A DNA stretch of 64,000 nt from NCBI GenBank assembly GCA_963979435.1, contig CAXBVE010000001.1, positions 65,420-129,419 on the forward strand. Direction: 5' to 3'. This stretch comes from an uncultured Candidatus Actinomarinales bacterium. GTDB taxonomy: Bacteria > Actinomycetota > Acidimicrobiia > Actinomarinales > Actinomarinaceae. The notes below the pieces were generated by a model. The model did not search any database, was not told the origin of the DNA, and worked only from the letters and a program-made list of their open reading frames with translations. A program made the translations under genes and the position numbers. Positions 21,001 to 29,520 of the stretch are shown here, in pieces (position 1 is the first letter of the stretch; every line of letters starts with the position of its first letter).

Positions 21001-21530
21001 AATCTACCCATTCGATTATTGAACTTATGGATATAGAAGAAGACGAAGAAGTCAACGTTGCCATAACTGGCTTAGTATCCAATGTTCAAAAAAGGGTATC
21101 AAGAAGAGGAAATGCATGGATTCAATTTGACCTACAAGAATCTACTGGTTCCCTGGGTGTTCTTGTTTTTAATAAACTTGTAGAAAAATATAATGCACAG
21201 CTAGATGGTGAATTGTATCTGAAAGTTTCTGGTACATATGTTGGAGGAACTGAAAATAATATTAGAGCTAGAGATTTCGAGCTAATAGAACCATCGAAAT
21301 TATTGACTGACTTAGATATTACACCATTGAAGATTTCAGTACAGGAAGAAATTATGGATAAGAAAAATTTAATCTTATTAAAAGAATTATTGGAAAGGCA
21401 TCCAGGAGGATCAAAAGTTGAATTGGAAGTCAATAACCAAGAAGGAGTGAAGCTTCTTGAATTAAAAAATATAAAAGTTAAAAAAACGACTCAGTTAAGA
21501 AATGAAATTAACACATTATTGAAAAATTAA
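18036..21530 (+). CDS. dnaE: DNA polymerase III alpha subunit
   Basis: PHP domain N-terminus HLHAHTEYSMLDGA. 1164 aa. Pol III alpha core motifs are present. Confidence 0.95.
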   Translation: MSKSFVHLHAHTEYSMLDGAAKIQTYIDRVKELHQPAAAITDHGNLYGALEFHNIAKKNGVKPIIGYEAYITTESRFDRPDRNKNKRYHLTLLAENNEGYWNLVQLASKAFTEGYYYKPRLDYDLLRIHSKGIIALSGCLGGEVAQHLAPDGSIEEGNNQGERSYQKALEKADLYQSIFGKENFYIELHNHGIKQQEIILPDLLKISNELSAPLVATNDSHYVNPEDSSAHDALLCVQTNATIDDDSRFKFEGEGYYVKSSEEMRTLFNDSEYPGACDNTLEIADRVEYNFESGKYYLPAFPIDDPNLTVEDYLKNLVYEGAKSIYQEITDEITERIEYELEVINSMGFASYFLIVGDLIQYAKENNIRTGAGRGSAAGSIVSYCLGITGIEPLKYGLLFERFLNKGRKELPDIDMDIDERYRKDVIEYVIGKYGEDKVAHIVTFATIKAKQAIRDASRVLGLPFSAGDKVAKLMPPMILGNTATLSECLQLDEENNSGYSKEFYTASAELRNQYKNDEEVKRIIDIALGLEGLRRQDGIHAAAVVISPEAITNYLPVQKKGKDAELVTQFEMHTVEQLGLLKMDFLGLRNLSIIDRTVELINNEDFNIDEIPLDDKKTFELFSTGRMIGVFQLESRIAQITARSLKPTRFEEIVALVALIRPGPLGANMHIEFADRATGKKEIEFLHTDLKEILEETYGVILYQEQVMQIAQKISAFQLDEADDLRKAMGKKIPKVMEQQRKKFTDGAISNGYSEQFSIELFDQIAFFAGYGFNKSHSVPYALIAYQTAYLKANHPAEYLSACLTAVKRDKDRTAIFLAEARELGVNVKTPDINLSIEDFSVANGEILFGLSAIRNVGDVTAEKIVAERESGNYETVQDFLARTDSRSLNKRGVEAMIQGGAFDQFGFPRRGLYESIIDLIEDAKGLKKEKDNSQASLFDLDEQTNELTTIKNVEWEKKELLDREREMLGFFVSEDPLEGYGEIFRSESTHSIIELMDIEEDEEVNVAITGLVSNVQKRVSRRGNAWIQFDLQESTGSLGVLVFNKLVEKYNAQLDGELYLKVSGTYVGGTENNIRARDFELIEPSKLLTDLDITPLKISVQEEIMDKKNLILLKELLERHPGGSKVELEVNNQEGVKLLELKNIKVKKTTQLRNEINTLLKN

Positions 21531-21543
21531 TTAATATTAATCT

Positions 21544-21753
21544 ATGACATTTAACATTGAAGAATTTCAAAACCGATTTAAAGAAAGAGCCGAGGCTGTA
21601 AAGAATCGTCCTATGCCACCAATTGGAGGAGATGAAAGATTAGCCTTTATAAAACAAGCTGAAAAGGATTATCAAGATTATATGATAATTTCTGATTCAG
21701 AATTTGAAATCACGGAAGATTTTTTAGTTTTTAAATACAAACTAGATTCTTAG
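21544..21753 (+). CDS. Hypothetical small protein (69 aa)
   Basis: ORF only. It sits directly after dnaE and converges on thyX. No recognisable motif. Confidence 0.25.
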   Translation: MTFNIEEFQNRFKERAEAVKNRPMPPIGGDERLAFIKQAEKDYQDYMIISDSEFEITEDFLVFKYKLDS

Positions 21754-22412
21754 TTTAAATCTTTACCCATCGGAAAAATAATATTTATAACTTCTGCGCA
21801 TGCTTTTGCAATTTCCATGTGTTCTTTTTGAGTCCCATTACTTGCTCTCAGTTGAATATAATGTATCCAACTTCTTAATGTTCCATTCATATACAATCTG
21901 CTAACTGTATTACCTTCTGGCAAAACAGATCTAGCTTGTTCTTTAGCAATACCAGCATCAATAGCCCAGTTGTAGGCATTCTTTGAAGTTTCGATTACTT
22001 CTTCTTGTAGTTCATTCCATTTGGATATAATTTCTTCATTCTCGGTTTCAACAGAATTTTGTCTATTTTTATCATCCTGTAGTCTTGCCTCTCTAATTTT
22101 AAATTCTAAATCTTTAACGGGGTTTGCGTACCTTTGGCTAAACTCCTGAAAACTAAATGACCTATGTCTTAAAATCTGCCTGGCTATGTCACGCGTTGTC
22201 TCTATTTCCAAACAAGCACTAACCATTTCAAGTGGGGACCAATGTGCATTTTTGATTAAATAATTGATAAGTTTCTCGCTAGTTTCTGTATTTAACTGAT
22301 TTGATGGATTTGAAACCCTTGCACAAAAAGCAACCAATTCCTGGGCATCTGTAATACCATCTGAATAGAATTCTTCAGTAGGTTTGGAATAACTAATTAA
22401 TTTAACCTTCAT
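21750..22412 (-). CDS. thyX: FAD-dependent thymidylate synthase
   Basis: ThyX signature RHRSFSFQEFSQRY (RHRx7S). Confidence 0.85.
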   Translation of the reverse strand: MKVKLISYSKPTEEFYSDGITDAQELVAFCARVSNPSNQLNTETSEKLINYLIKNAHWSPLEMVSACLEIETTRDIARQILRHRSFSFQEFSQRYANPVKDLEFKIREARLQDDKNRQNSVETENEEIISKWNELQEEVIETSKNAYNWAIDAGIAKEQARSVLPEGNTVSRLYMNGTLRSWIHYIQLRASNGTQKEHMEIAKACAEVINIIFPMGKDLN

Positions 22413-22441
22413 TTATGTAACTATATTAAAATAAAAAAAAT

Positions 22442-22705
22442 ATGTTTTTATTACGAGTAATTGTTTTTCTGATTTTACTTTCATTAATTCTAATTCTTGC
22501 ATACCCACTATTGATTGTATTTAATATTGCCTCTGGTGGGGATGGTTTTGGATTATGTAATGATTTAGCAACCTGCATTATTCCGGTATCAGAAGGTCCA
22601 AAGCTTCTTATTTATTTGATAGGTATTTTCTTTCTTCTTGTTTTGCTGTTGAGGTTAATAATGAAATATATGAATTCTCTTCAAAGTAAAAATTCTATTC
22701 TCTAA
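22442..22705 (+). CDS. Hypothetical 2-TM membrane protein (87 aa)
   Basis: ORF only. Two hydrophobic helices flank a Cys-containing loop. It could be spurious in AT-rich sequence. Confidence 0.25.
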   Translation: MFLLRVIVFLILLSLILILAYPLLIVFNIASGGDGFGLCNDLATCIIPVSEGPKLLIYLIGIFFLLVLLLRLIMKYMNSLQSKNSIL

Positions 22706-23522
22706 TTATAAGAAAAATAGATAGTAATACCAGACATACACCTGCCCAATTAGTAAAGTTCAATACTTCACCGACGTAAAGTATTCCTATAATTAAAGCA
22801 AAGATTGCCTCCAAGCTCAGTAGCAATGCAGCGGTTGCAGCGTTTACTTCTTTTTGACCAAATAGTTGCAAATAAAATGCGGCAAAGTTCACTATGAAGC
22901 CTAAGAACAAAATTGGTAAAACATATTCTATTTTGAAACTAAACTGCGAAGGGTTTATAAAAGGTAGACAAAGTGCAGCACCTACAAAAGATTGAACAAA
23001 CATTAACTGCGATATATTTTGATTTCTTATATACCTTTCGACCATAACAATATGTAATGCATATCCAGTGGCACATACAAGCGTAAAAAGGTTGCCAAAT
23101 AATTGATCGTAACTATTACTAGCTATAAGAAATATTCCCATAAATCCAGCTAATGAAAAAATATAACTTCTTGGTGAAAGATTAGTTTTATTGATAATTT
23201 TTGAAAAAATTGGAGTAAGTACAATATAAAATCCTGTAACAACTCCTGAATTAATTGTTGATGTTGTAAGTAAACCTTGAGTTTGGGTTACATACCCAAT
23301 CCAAAGAAATAGTCCCATTAAAATTCCAGGTTTAATCGTTTTTTTAGATGGGATACCTCCAGTTAACAAAAATAAGAACGAGGCTATTGCATATCTTAAA
23401 AAAACAATATTTATAGGAGAAAAGTTATCAAGTAAATTTTTAACGACTATGAAAGTTCCACCAAAAAATAAGGCAGAGAGTATTAATGATGTAATAGCCA
23501 ATGTTCTTTTATTTTTAATCAT
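22695..23522 (-). CDS. EamA/DMT superfamily permease
   Basis: About 10 predicted TM helices in two repeated halves typical of EamA-domain transporters. 275 aa. Confidence 0.5.
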   Translation of the reverse strand: MIKNKRTLAITSLILSALFFGGTFIVVKNLLDNFSPINIVFLRYAIASFLFLLTGGIPSKKTIKPGILMGLFLWIGYVTQTQGLLTTSTINSGVVTGFYIVLTPIFSKIINKTNLSPRSYIFSLAGFMGIFLIASNSYDQLFGNLFTLVCATGYALHIVMVERYIRNQNISQLMFVQSFVGAALCLPFINPSQFSFKIEYVLPILFLGFIVNFAAFYLQLFGQKEVNAATAALLLSLEAIFALIIGILYVGEVLNFTNWAGVCLVLLSIFLIIRE

Positions 23523-23562
23523 GCAGTCTAATGAAGATTAATATACAGATTAAAATAGACAT

Positions 23563-24210
23563 ATGAGCAATGAATTAAATCAACTAGCTAAAAAATTTCA
23601 TGCATATCTTCGTAAAGAATACTCTGATATCAAAACAATTCTCAAATACAGAACGCAGTTTCAGTTACTTGTTTCGATTGTTCTTTCCGCTCAAACAACA
23701 GATGAAAATGTAAATAAAGCTACTAAAGGGCTGTTTAAGGAATATCCAAATGCGAAATCATTGGCATCTGCAAAATTAAAAAGTATTGAAAAACTTGTAT
23801 TCTCTACAGGTTTTTATAAAGTTAAATCTAAAAACATACATGCATTATCCAAAATACTTGTAAACGAATACAACTCAAGGATTCCTAAGACAATTGAAGA
23901 ACTTGTAAAACTTCCTGGCGTTGGAAGAAAAACAGCATCAGTTTTTCTTGCAGAAACATTTGATCAACCAACTATAGCTGTGGATACCCATGTACTGAGG
24001 GTGTCTCACAGACTTGGGCTGTCAACTAAAAGACACGATCCAATCCAAACTGAAAAAGAATTAAAGTTGCTTTTTCCTAAAGACTTTTGGCGATATCTTT
24101 CAATGAGTTTTGTACAATTTGGAAGAGACATTTGTGATGCAAAAAAACCATTATGTGAAGTTTGTGATTTTAACAATTCTTGTAAGTACTATTTATCTCT
24201 TAATACCTAA
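23563..24210 (+). CDS. nth: Endonuclease III (DNA glycosylase/AP lyase)
   Basis: HhH-GPD motif LPGVGRKTA. C-terminal 4Fe-4S cluster ligands C-x6-C-x2-C-x5-C (CDAKKPLCEVCDFNNSC). Confidence 0.85.
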   Translation: MSNELNQLAKKFHAYLRKEYSDIKTILKYRTQFQLLVSIVLSAQTTDENVNKATKGLFKEYPNAKSLASAKLKSIEKLVFSTGFYKVKSKNIHALSKILVNEYNSRIPKTIEELVKLPGVGRKTASVFLAETFDQPTIAVDTHVLRVSHRLGLSTKRHDPIQTEKELKLLFPKDFWRYLSMSFVQFGRDICDAKKPLCEVCDFNNSCKYYLSLNT

Positions 24211-24229
24211 TCATATATATATTTAATCT

Positions 24230-24937
24230 ATGGAAGTAAATATTTTTCTATCGTTTGTTTTTGGAATGCTATCTTTTTTCTCACCTTGTGTGTTACCGCT
24301 AGTGCCTGGATACCTCACTATATTTTCAGGGGCTGAGAACACAATACAAAATAGGTTTAGAGGTTCGTTAGAATTTTGTTTAGGCTTTTCAATAGTTTTC
24401 ATATCTCTTGCTGCCATAGCATCTTCAGTAGGTTCTTTCTTCACAAGAAATTCCTCGACACTTGGTATGGTCAGTGGGCTAATAATAATATGCTTTGGAT
24501 TATTATTACTTTTTCCTACATTTAACATGAGATACTTTTACTCAGCTAACTATGTTGATATAAAAAAATATTCAACATTTAAAAATTTTGTTTTAGGCTT
24601 AACTTTTGCTTTTGGCTTCACACCATGTATCGGACCTGTTTTGGGGGCTCTATTAACTTTAACTTCAAATTCAGCAACTCTATATAGGGGTGTGGGCTTA
24701 TTGATTAGCTTTTCGTTAGGGCTTTCTATTCCATTTATTCTTATTTCTGTTTTATCAGGAAAATTTAGTTTTAAAAATAAGATATTTATTGCATTCCAAA
24801 AATATTCCTCAAAAATATCTGGTTTAGTTTTAATCTCTATCGGTCTTTTGATATTTACTGATAAAATGTATATTTTGGCATCGATGTTTCAAGATCTTCT
24901 TATTTTCATGAACCTTGATTGGTTGAGTACAATTTAA
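24230..24937 (+). CDS. ccdA: Cytochrome c-type biogenesis protein CcdA (DsbD-family thiol:disulfide transporter)
   Basis: FSPCVLPLVPGYL motif with a second Cys in FTPCIGPVLG. About 6 TM helices. Confidence 0.8.
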   Translation: MEVNIFLSFVFGMLSFFSPCVLPLVPGYLTIFSGAENTIQNRFRGSLEFCLGFSIVFISLAAIASSVGSFFTRNSSTLGMVSGLIIICFGLLLLFPTFNMRYFYSANYVDIKKYSTFKNFVLGLTFAFGFTPCIGPVLGALLTLTSNSATLYRGVGLLISFSLGLSIPFILISVLSGKFSFKNKIFIAFQKYSSKISGLVLISIGLLIFTDKMYILASMFQDLLIFMNLDWLSTI

Positions 24938-24939
24938 TT

Positions 24940-25503
24940 ATGAATACTGTAATAAGCACCCATTCTTTAAAAATAGAAGGAGATGATGCAATTAAATTTA
25001 TTGAATCCTTGATATCTATAGACCCTATGGACAATATATTTAAAACATCATTTTTACTTAAACCAGACGGAAAAGTTAATCACTGGTTTGTTATTAAAAG
25101 AGTTAATGATAAATTATTTTTATACCAGAGCGAACAAGAGCTCACCCGTATCAAAGAAAGTTTAGATTTTTATAAAATCAGAACTAAATGTTCTCTTGAA
25201 ATTATTAAAGATGAAAAATATTTGGGTCTCGTATTACAAGAAGATAATTTTAAATTTATTGAGAATTTAGATCAAAAAAATATCATTGACTGGGCTGATT
25301 TGTCCTTAATACTCGAGTTACCTTTACCAGAAATAACCCTTGATGGTCTCCTCCCAAATGAGACTAAATGGTTAGATTTTATGGTTGACTTTAATAAGGG
25401 TTGTTTTCTTGGTCAAGAGCAAGCTTCCCGTGTCAAATTTAGAGGAAGACCAAGAAGACTTTTACAATCTAACAAAGATTTTCAAGAATTCATAAAAATC
25501 TAG
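24940..25503 (+). CDS. YgfZ/GcvT-like folate-binding protein (short)
   Basis: C-terminal signature KGCFLGQEQ (the K-G-C-[FY]-x-G-Q-E motif of YgfZ/aminomethyltransferase-fold proteins). Start ATG 24940 (alternative 24919). Confidence 0.5.
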   Translation: MNTVISTHSLKIEGDDAIKFIESLISIDPMDNIFKTSFLLKPDGKVNHWFVIKRVNDKLFLYQSEQELTRIKESLDFYKIRTKCSLEIIKDEKYLGLVLQEDNFKFIENLDQKNIIDWADLSLILELPLPEITLDGLLPNETKWLDFMVDFNKGCFLGQEQASRVKFRGRPRRLLQSNKDFQEFIKI

Positions 25504-25504
25504 A

Positions 25505-25807
25505 ATGCAGAGATGTGATTATTGCGGAAGGATTCTTTATAAAAATGTTTCTGAAAAATACTTTTTGTGCTCTTCTAAATGCCGAACAAAATATAAAAAT
25601 AAAAAATACTTATCTAAATTAGAACAATCAGTTACTTCTGTAGTTAAAAATGGAATCCTTGTTAAGGAGATTGTCAATAAACTAGATTACGATAAATTTG
25701 ATACGGTATCTGCGATAAGAAGATTAATTTATAAAAAAGGAAGTCTCTTCATTAAAGCTAATAGTGAGATAAATCTGAATGTAGAAATATTTATAGTGAG
25801 AAAATAG
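25505..25807 (+). CDS. Hypothetical zinc-ribbon protein (100 aa)
   Basis: N-terminal CDYCG ... CSSKC (CxxC-x17-CxxxC) followed by a basic region. Confidence 0.35.
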   Translation: MQRCDYCGRILYKNVSEKYFLCSSKCRTKYKNKKYLSKLEQSVTSVVKNGILVKEIVNKLDYDKFDTVSAIRRLIYKKGSLFIKANSEINLNVEIFIVRK

Positions 25808-26393
25808 CGCCTCTATCAAATTTTGATAGTGAGTACTGAACAATTGGACCTACAGAGAGAACCATTACAACTGTTCCGTAGCCATATGAACCTCCAAGTA
25901 AAACTCCAAGCATAAAAGCTGAAAAGTCAATTCCTATTCTTGTAACTCTAATGCTTGGTCCTAGTTTTGAAATTCCTGTCATAATTCCATCCCTTGGTCC
26001 GGGACCCAATCCAGCACCGATATAAAGACCAACTCCCATCGCAAATACTATTGTTCCAAAGTAGAGATATAGATGTCTAACATACATTAATTCAGGAGCA
26101 GGCAAATATAACATGGTTAAATCAATAACGTTACCAATCGTCAGTATATTTATAATTGTGCCTATGAATGGTACCTGCTTTAGTGGTATCCATCCAAGAA
26201 GCAAAATGAAACCTGTTATAACACCTGCAAATCCAATTTTCACATTTACAAGCTTGCTAAACCCATCGTGAAAAACATCCCAAGAATTTAAACCTAAGTT
26301 AGCTTCAATTGTAAAAGCTAGACCAAAACCACAAAGAAAGAGACCAAGAAGCAATTGAGGCATACGATTGAGAATTTCTTTACTATTCTTCAA
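25791..26393 (-). CDS. YczE/YitT-like polytopic membrane protein
   Basis: N-terminus LLGLFLCGFGLAFTIEANLGLNSWDVF resembles the YczE-type membrane protein family. About 6 TM helices. Confidence 0.4.
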   Translation of the reverse strand: MKNSKEILNRMPQLLLGLFLCGFGLAFTIEANLGLNSWDVFHDGFSKLVNVKIGFAGVITGFILLLGWIPLKQVPFIGTIINILTIGNVIDLTMLYLPAPELMYVRHLYLYFGTIVFAMGVGLYIGAGLGPGPRDGIMTGISKLGPSIRVTRIGIDFSAFMLGVLLGGSYGYGTVVMVLSVGPIVQYSLSKFDRGAIFSL

Positions 26394-26754
26394 TGAATAG
26401 ACTTTCTAATCTTTCAACATACTCAGGACAAAGTTCATAAGATGACTGGAATCTTAAAATTGGTATAATTCTGTCGTTGAAAGAAGTATTTATATCATAA
26501 TCTGAAACAATATTATTTATTACTATCAAGGAGTTATTTTCATCTTTCCATTCAGCACTTGATTGACATACTGCTTTTCCTAATGAAACAAGTTGTTCAT
26601 CGGATAGAGTATCTAATGTGTCATCACTATCAGCAACCCTGATCTGTTCTATAAAAGTCTGACCAAAAGTATCATCGCTATTTATGAAAACAATAATTAA
26701 AGAAATAATCAATACAATAAAAACTGTAAAACTAAAAGTAGGTATCTTCTTCAA
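26383..26754 (-). CDS. Hypothetical membrane-anchored or secreted protein with two conserved Cys (DUF732-like?)
   Basis: N-terminal signal/TM helix followed by a soluble domain with two Cys. Overlaps the downstream gene by 11 nt, so they form an operon. Confidence 0.35.
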   Translation of the reverse strand: MKKIPTFSFTVFIVLIISLIIVFINSDDTFGQTFIEQIRVADSDDTLDTLSDEQLVSLGKAVCQSSAEWKDENNSLIVINNIVSDYDINTSFNDRIIPILRFQSSYELCPEYVERLESLFIEE

Positions 26755-26785
26755 GTAACCATTCTAGACAAAGAGTTTTTTTGTA

Positions 26786-26867
26786 TATAAAAAGTACCCG
26801 GAGGGGGAGTCGAACCCCCACATCCGAAGATACTGGATTTTGAATCCAGCGCGTCTGCCAATTCCGC
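26786..26867 (-). tRNA. tRNA-Leu (anticodon CAA), class II long variable arm, no encoded CCA
   Basis: Cloverleaf read by hand: acceptor GCCCGGA/TCCGGGT, anticodon stem CTGGA/TCCAG with loop TTCAAAA, long variable arm, T-loop GGGGG-TTCGACT-CCCCC. It generates the spurious shadow ORF 26751..27047 (-) (MAELADALDSKS...). Confidence 0.85.
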
Positions 26868-26945
26868 CATCCGGGCTTTACTTCTATGATTATATTTCAT
26901 ATTTAATCCAAAGAGAGAAAAATAATTTAAGTTTACAATGAAAGG

Positions 26946-29447
26946 ATGATTGTTCTCATTGATGGTTTTAGCATTGCTTTCAGGGCCTTTTATGCTTTGC
27001 CTGAAACTTTGATGACATCCAAGGGTACTCCAACAAATGTTATCCATGGCTTTTTATCAATGCTCAATAAAATAACATCAGACTATAAATTAGAACAATT
27101 AATCGTAACTTGGGATCTACCAGGAAATACTTTTAGAAATGATATATACACAGATTACAAAGCCAACCGAACGTCGGCACCTGATAATTTTAACATTCAA
27201 GTACCTCTATTACACAATCTGTTAGATACGTTTAACATTCCACAAGTTTCAAAAGAAGGTTATGAAGCTGATGATGTTTTAGGATCTCTCTCTGTGATGC
27301 TAAATCAGAAAAATAAAGAAGTTCTTATTGTTACAGGTGATAGAGATACATATCAATTGATTTCTAATAAGACAAAAATACTATATACAAAACGTGGTAT
27401 CTCAGATGTTGATTTGGTCGATGAAAAATTCTTTGTAAATAAATTTGGAATAAACACTAAGCAATATGTTGAATATCTTGCCTTAAAGGGTGATCCTTCT
27501 GATAACATCCCAGGTTTACCAGGTGTTGGTGAAAAAACAGCTATTAATTTATTACAAAAACATAAAGATATTAAAACTATTTATAAAAATCTAGATGAAT
27601 TAACTCCCAAAATAAAGGGTTCATTTGAAGATAATAAAGAAATACTATTGATGAGCAAAGACCTAGCTACAATTCGGACTGATTTAGAACTTAAGATACC
27701 TGATATCAAAATTGAAGATACTATATTTTACTCTGATAATGTTCTGAAAGATTCACAAGATCAAGTTACAAAGCTTGAACTTAATAAATATATAAGAAAG
27801 TATAAATCTCAACAAGAGACTACTGAAGTTGACACTACAGACCTAACTATAAATGAAATTAGCTCAAAAAACTTTCCATTAAATTCATTACTTTTTAAAT
27901 TTGAGAATAATATTTATGTTGTTAATGATGAAATAGCAGGAAGATTAGTTGATGATGTAGTCATTGATAAAGATTTCATTTCGCTAACAACTCAAAAACT
28001 GTTTACTTCGTTACCTAAACTGGATACTAAGTATGTTACGGCTTACGATTGTCTTTTATTTTTACATGATCCCAATAAAAGACCCGATAATCTCTTAAAT
28101 GTTTGTAAACATATTGAACAAGCTAATCTTCTTAATAAAAAATCTACAATTGAAGATTTTATTAAATTCTTTAATTTAAATTACAACCAAATAATAAATG
28201 ATTTAAAGAATTTCAAATCTGATAAAACTTTAATAAAACTTTATGAAGAATTAGATTTCCCGATTGTATCTGTACTTAACTCTATGCAGATTAAAGGAGT
28301 TAAAGTTTCAAATAAAAAAATTGATACTCTTTCAAAAATTATCAATCAAGAAATCTCTGATTATAGAGAAAAAATAATCGAGATAACCAAGCAAGAGTTT
28401 AATTTAAATTCTCCGAAACAATTGGCTAAGGTTCTATTTGAAGACATGAACCTTCCTGTTATTAAAAAAACTCCAAAAGGAGCCCCGTCAACGGATGGTT
28501 CAGTTCTTGAAGAACTCTCCAAAGATTACGAACTTCCTAAATATATATTGAAATATCGAGAATATGAAAAAATAAGATCAACCTATATTGATGGTTTAAA
28601 AACAGAAATTACAGCTAAAAATAGAATTCATACAACTTACAATCTTTTTGGAACCACAACAGGTCGGTTATCTTCAGAAAAACCAAATCTCCAAAATATT
28701 CCTAATAAAACAGATATTGGCCAAAAAATACGCGAATTCTTTATTGCTGACACCAATCATACTTTTATTATTTCTGACTATTCACAAATTGAATTACGAG
28801 TACTTGCCCATTTAAGTTCTGATAAAAATATGATTGAAATACTAAGTTCTATTGATTCTGATATTCATACTGAAACTGCATCTAGAATTTTTAACATCAG
28901 TTTAGATTCAGTAACAAAAGATATGAGAAGAAAGGCTAAAGAAGTTAACTTCGGTCTTATTTATGGAATGGAATCATTTGGACTTTCTAAAAGTCTTGAT
29001 ATTAAAAAAAATGAAGCTCAAGAACTTATAGATGCATATTTTTCTCAGTTTCCAAAAATAAAAGGTTTTTTGGACACAATAGTATCGGATGCTGAAAAAA
29101 ATGGGTTTACAAAAACACTTTATGGAAGAAAACGAATTATAAAAGAGTTAGGTTCTTCTAACTTTCAACTAAAAGCCATGGGAAAAAGAATTGCAATGAA
29201 TGCTCCCATACAAGGAACAGCGGCAGATATTATGAAAATAGCAATGCTCAAGGTGCAAAGTAAAATATCAGATTTAGAGTCTACAGATTTATTGCTACAG
29301 ATCCATGATGAGATTATTGTTCAGACACCTATTGCAAACATTGAAGAGGTCACAAACATCATAAGTACCGAAATGGAAAGCGCAACCCAACTTAAAGTTC
29401 CGTTATTTGTTAACATAAAAAATAATAAAAATTTAGCAAATAATTAA
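26946..29447 (+). CDS. polA: DNA polymerase I
   Basis: N-terminal 5' nuclease domain. Polymerase motifs RRKAKEVNFGLIYG and QIHDEIIV. The Exo I DxE motif appears degenerate (FKFEN), so it is probably proofreading-deficient like mycobacterial Pol I. Confidence 0.9.
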   Translation: MIVLIDGFSIAFRAFYALPETLMTSKGTPTNVIHGFLSMLNKITSDYKLEQLIVTWDLPGNTFRNDIYTDYKANRTSAPDNFNIQVPLLHNLLDTFNIPQVSKEGYEADDVLGSLSVMLNQKNKEVLIVTGDRDTYQLISNKTKILYTKRGISDVDLVDEKFFVNKFGINTKQYVEYLALKGDPSDNIPGLPGVGEKTAINLLQKHKDIKTIYKNLDELTPKIKGSFEDNKEILLMSKDLATIRTDLELKIPDIKIEDTIFYSDNVLKDSQDQVTKLELNKYIRKYKSQQETTEVDTTDLTINEISSKNFPLNSLLFKFENNIYVVNDEIAGRLVDDVVIDKDFISLTTQKLFTSLPKLDTKYVTAYDCLLFLHDPNKRPDNLLNVCKHIEQANLLNKKSTIEDFIKFFNLNYNQIINDLKNFKSDKTLIKLYEELDFPIVSVLNSMQIKGVKVSNKKIDTLSKIINQEISDYREKIIEITKQEFNLNSPKQLAKVLFEDMNLPVIKKTPKGAPSTDGSVLEELSKDYELPKYILKYREYEKIRSTYIDGLKTEITAKNRIHTTYNLFGTTTGRLSSEKPNLQNIPNKTDIGQKIREFFIADTNHTFIISDYSQIELRVLAHLSSDKNMIEILSSIDSDIHTETASRIFNISLDSVTKDMRRKAKEVNFGLIYGMESFGLSKSLDIKKNEAQELIDAYFSQFPKIKGFLDTIVSDAEKNGFTKTLYGRKRIIKELGSSNFQLKAMGKRIAMNAPIQGTAADIMKIAMLKVQSKISDLESTDLLLQIHDEIIVQTPIANIEEVTNIISTEMESATQLKVPLFVNIKNNKNLANN

Positions 29448-29520
29448 TATTCGTTTGTAAAAACTGTAGATATGTTATGCTAAAAGACGAAAATAATATG
29501 ATTGGAAATAAATAAACTAT

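Noticed and set aside
24223-24528. 101-aa minus-strand ORF
   Set aside because: Lies entirely inside ccdA, which has a strong family motif, so it is judged spurious.
26751-27047. 98-aa minus-strand ORF (MAELADALDSKS...)
   Set aside because: It is the translation shadow of the tRNA-Leu(CAA) gene and overlaps the polA start, so it is not a real CDS.
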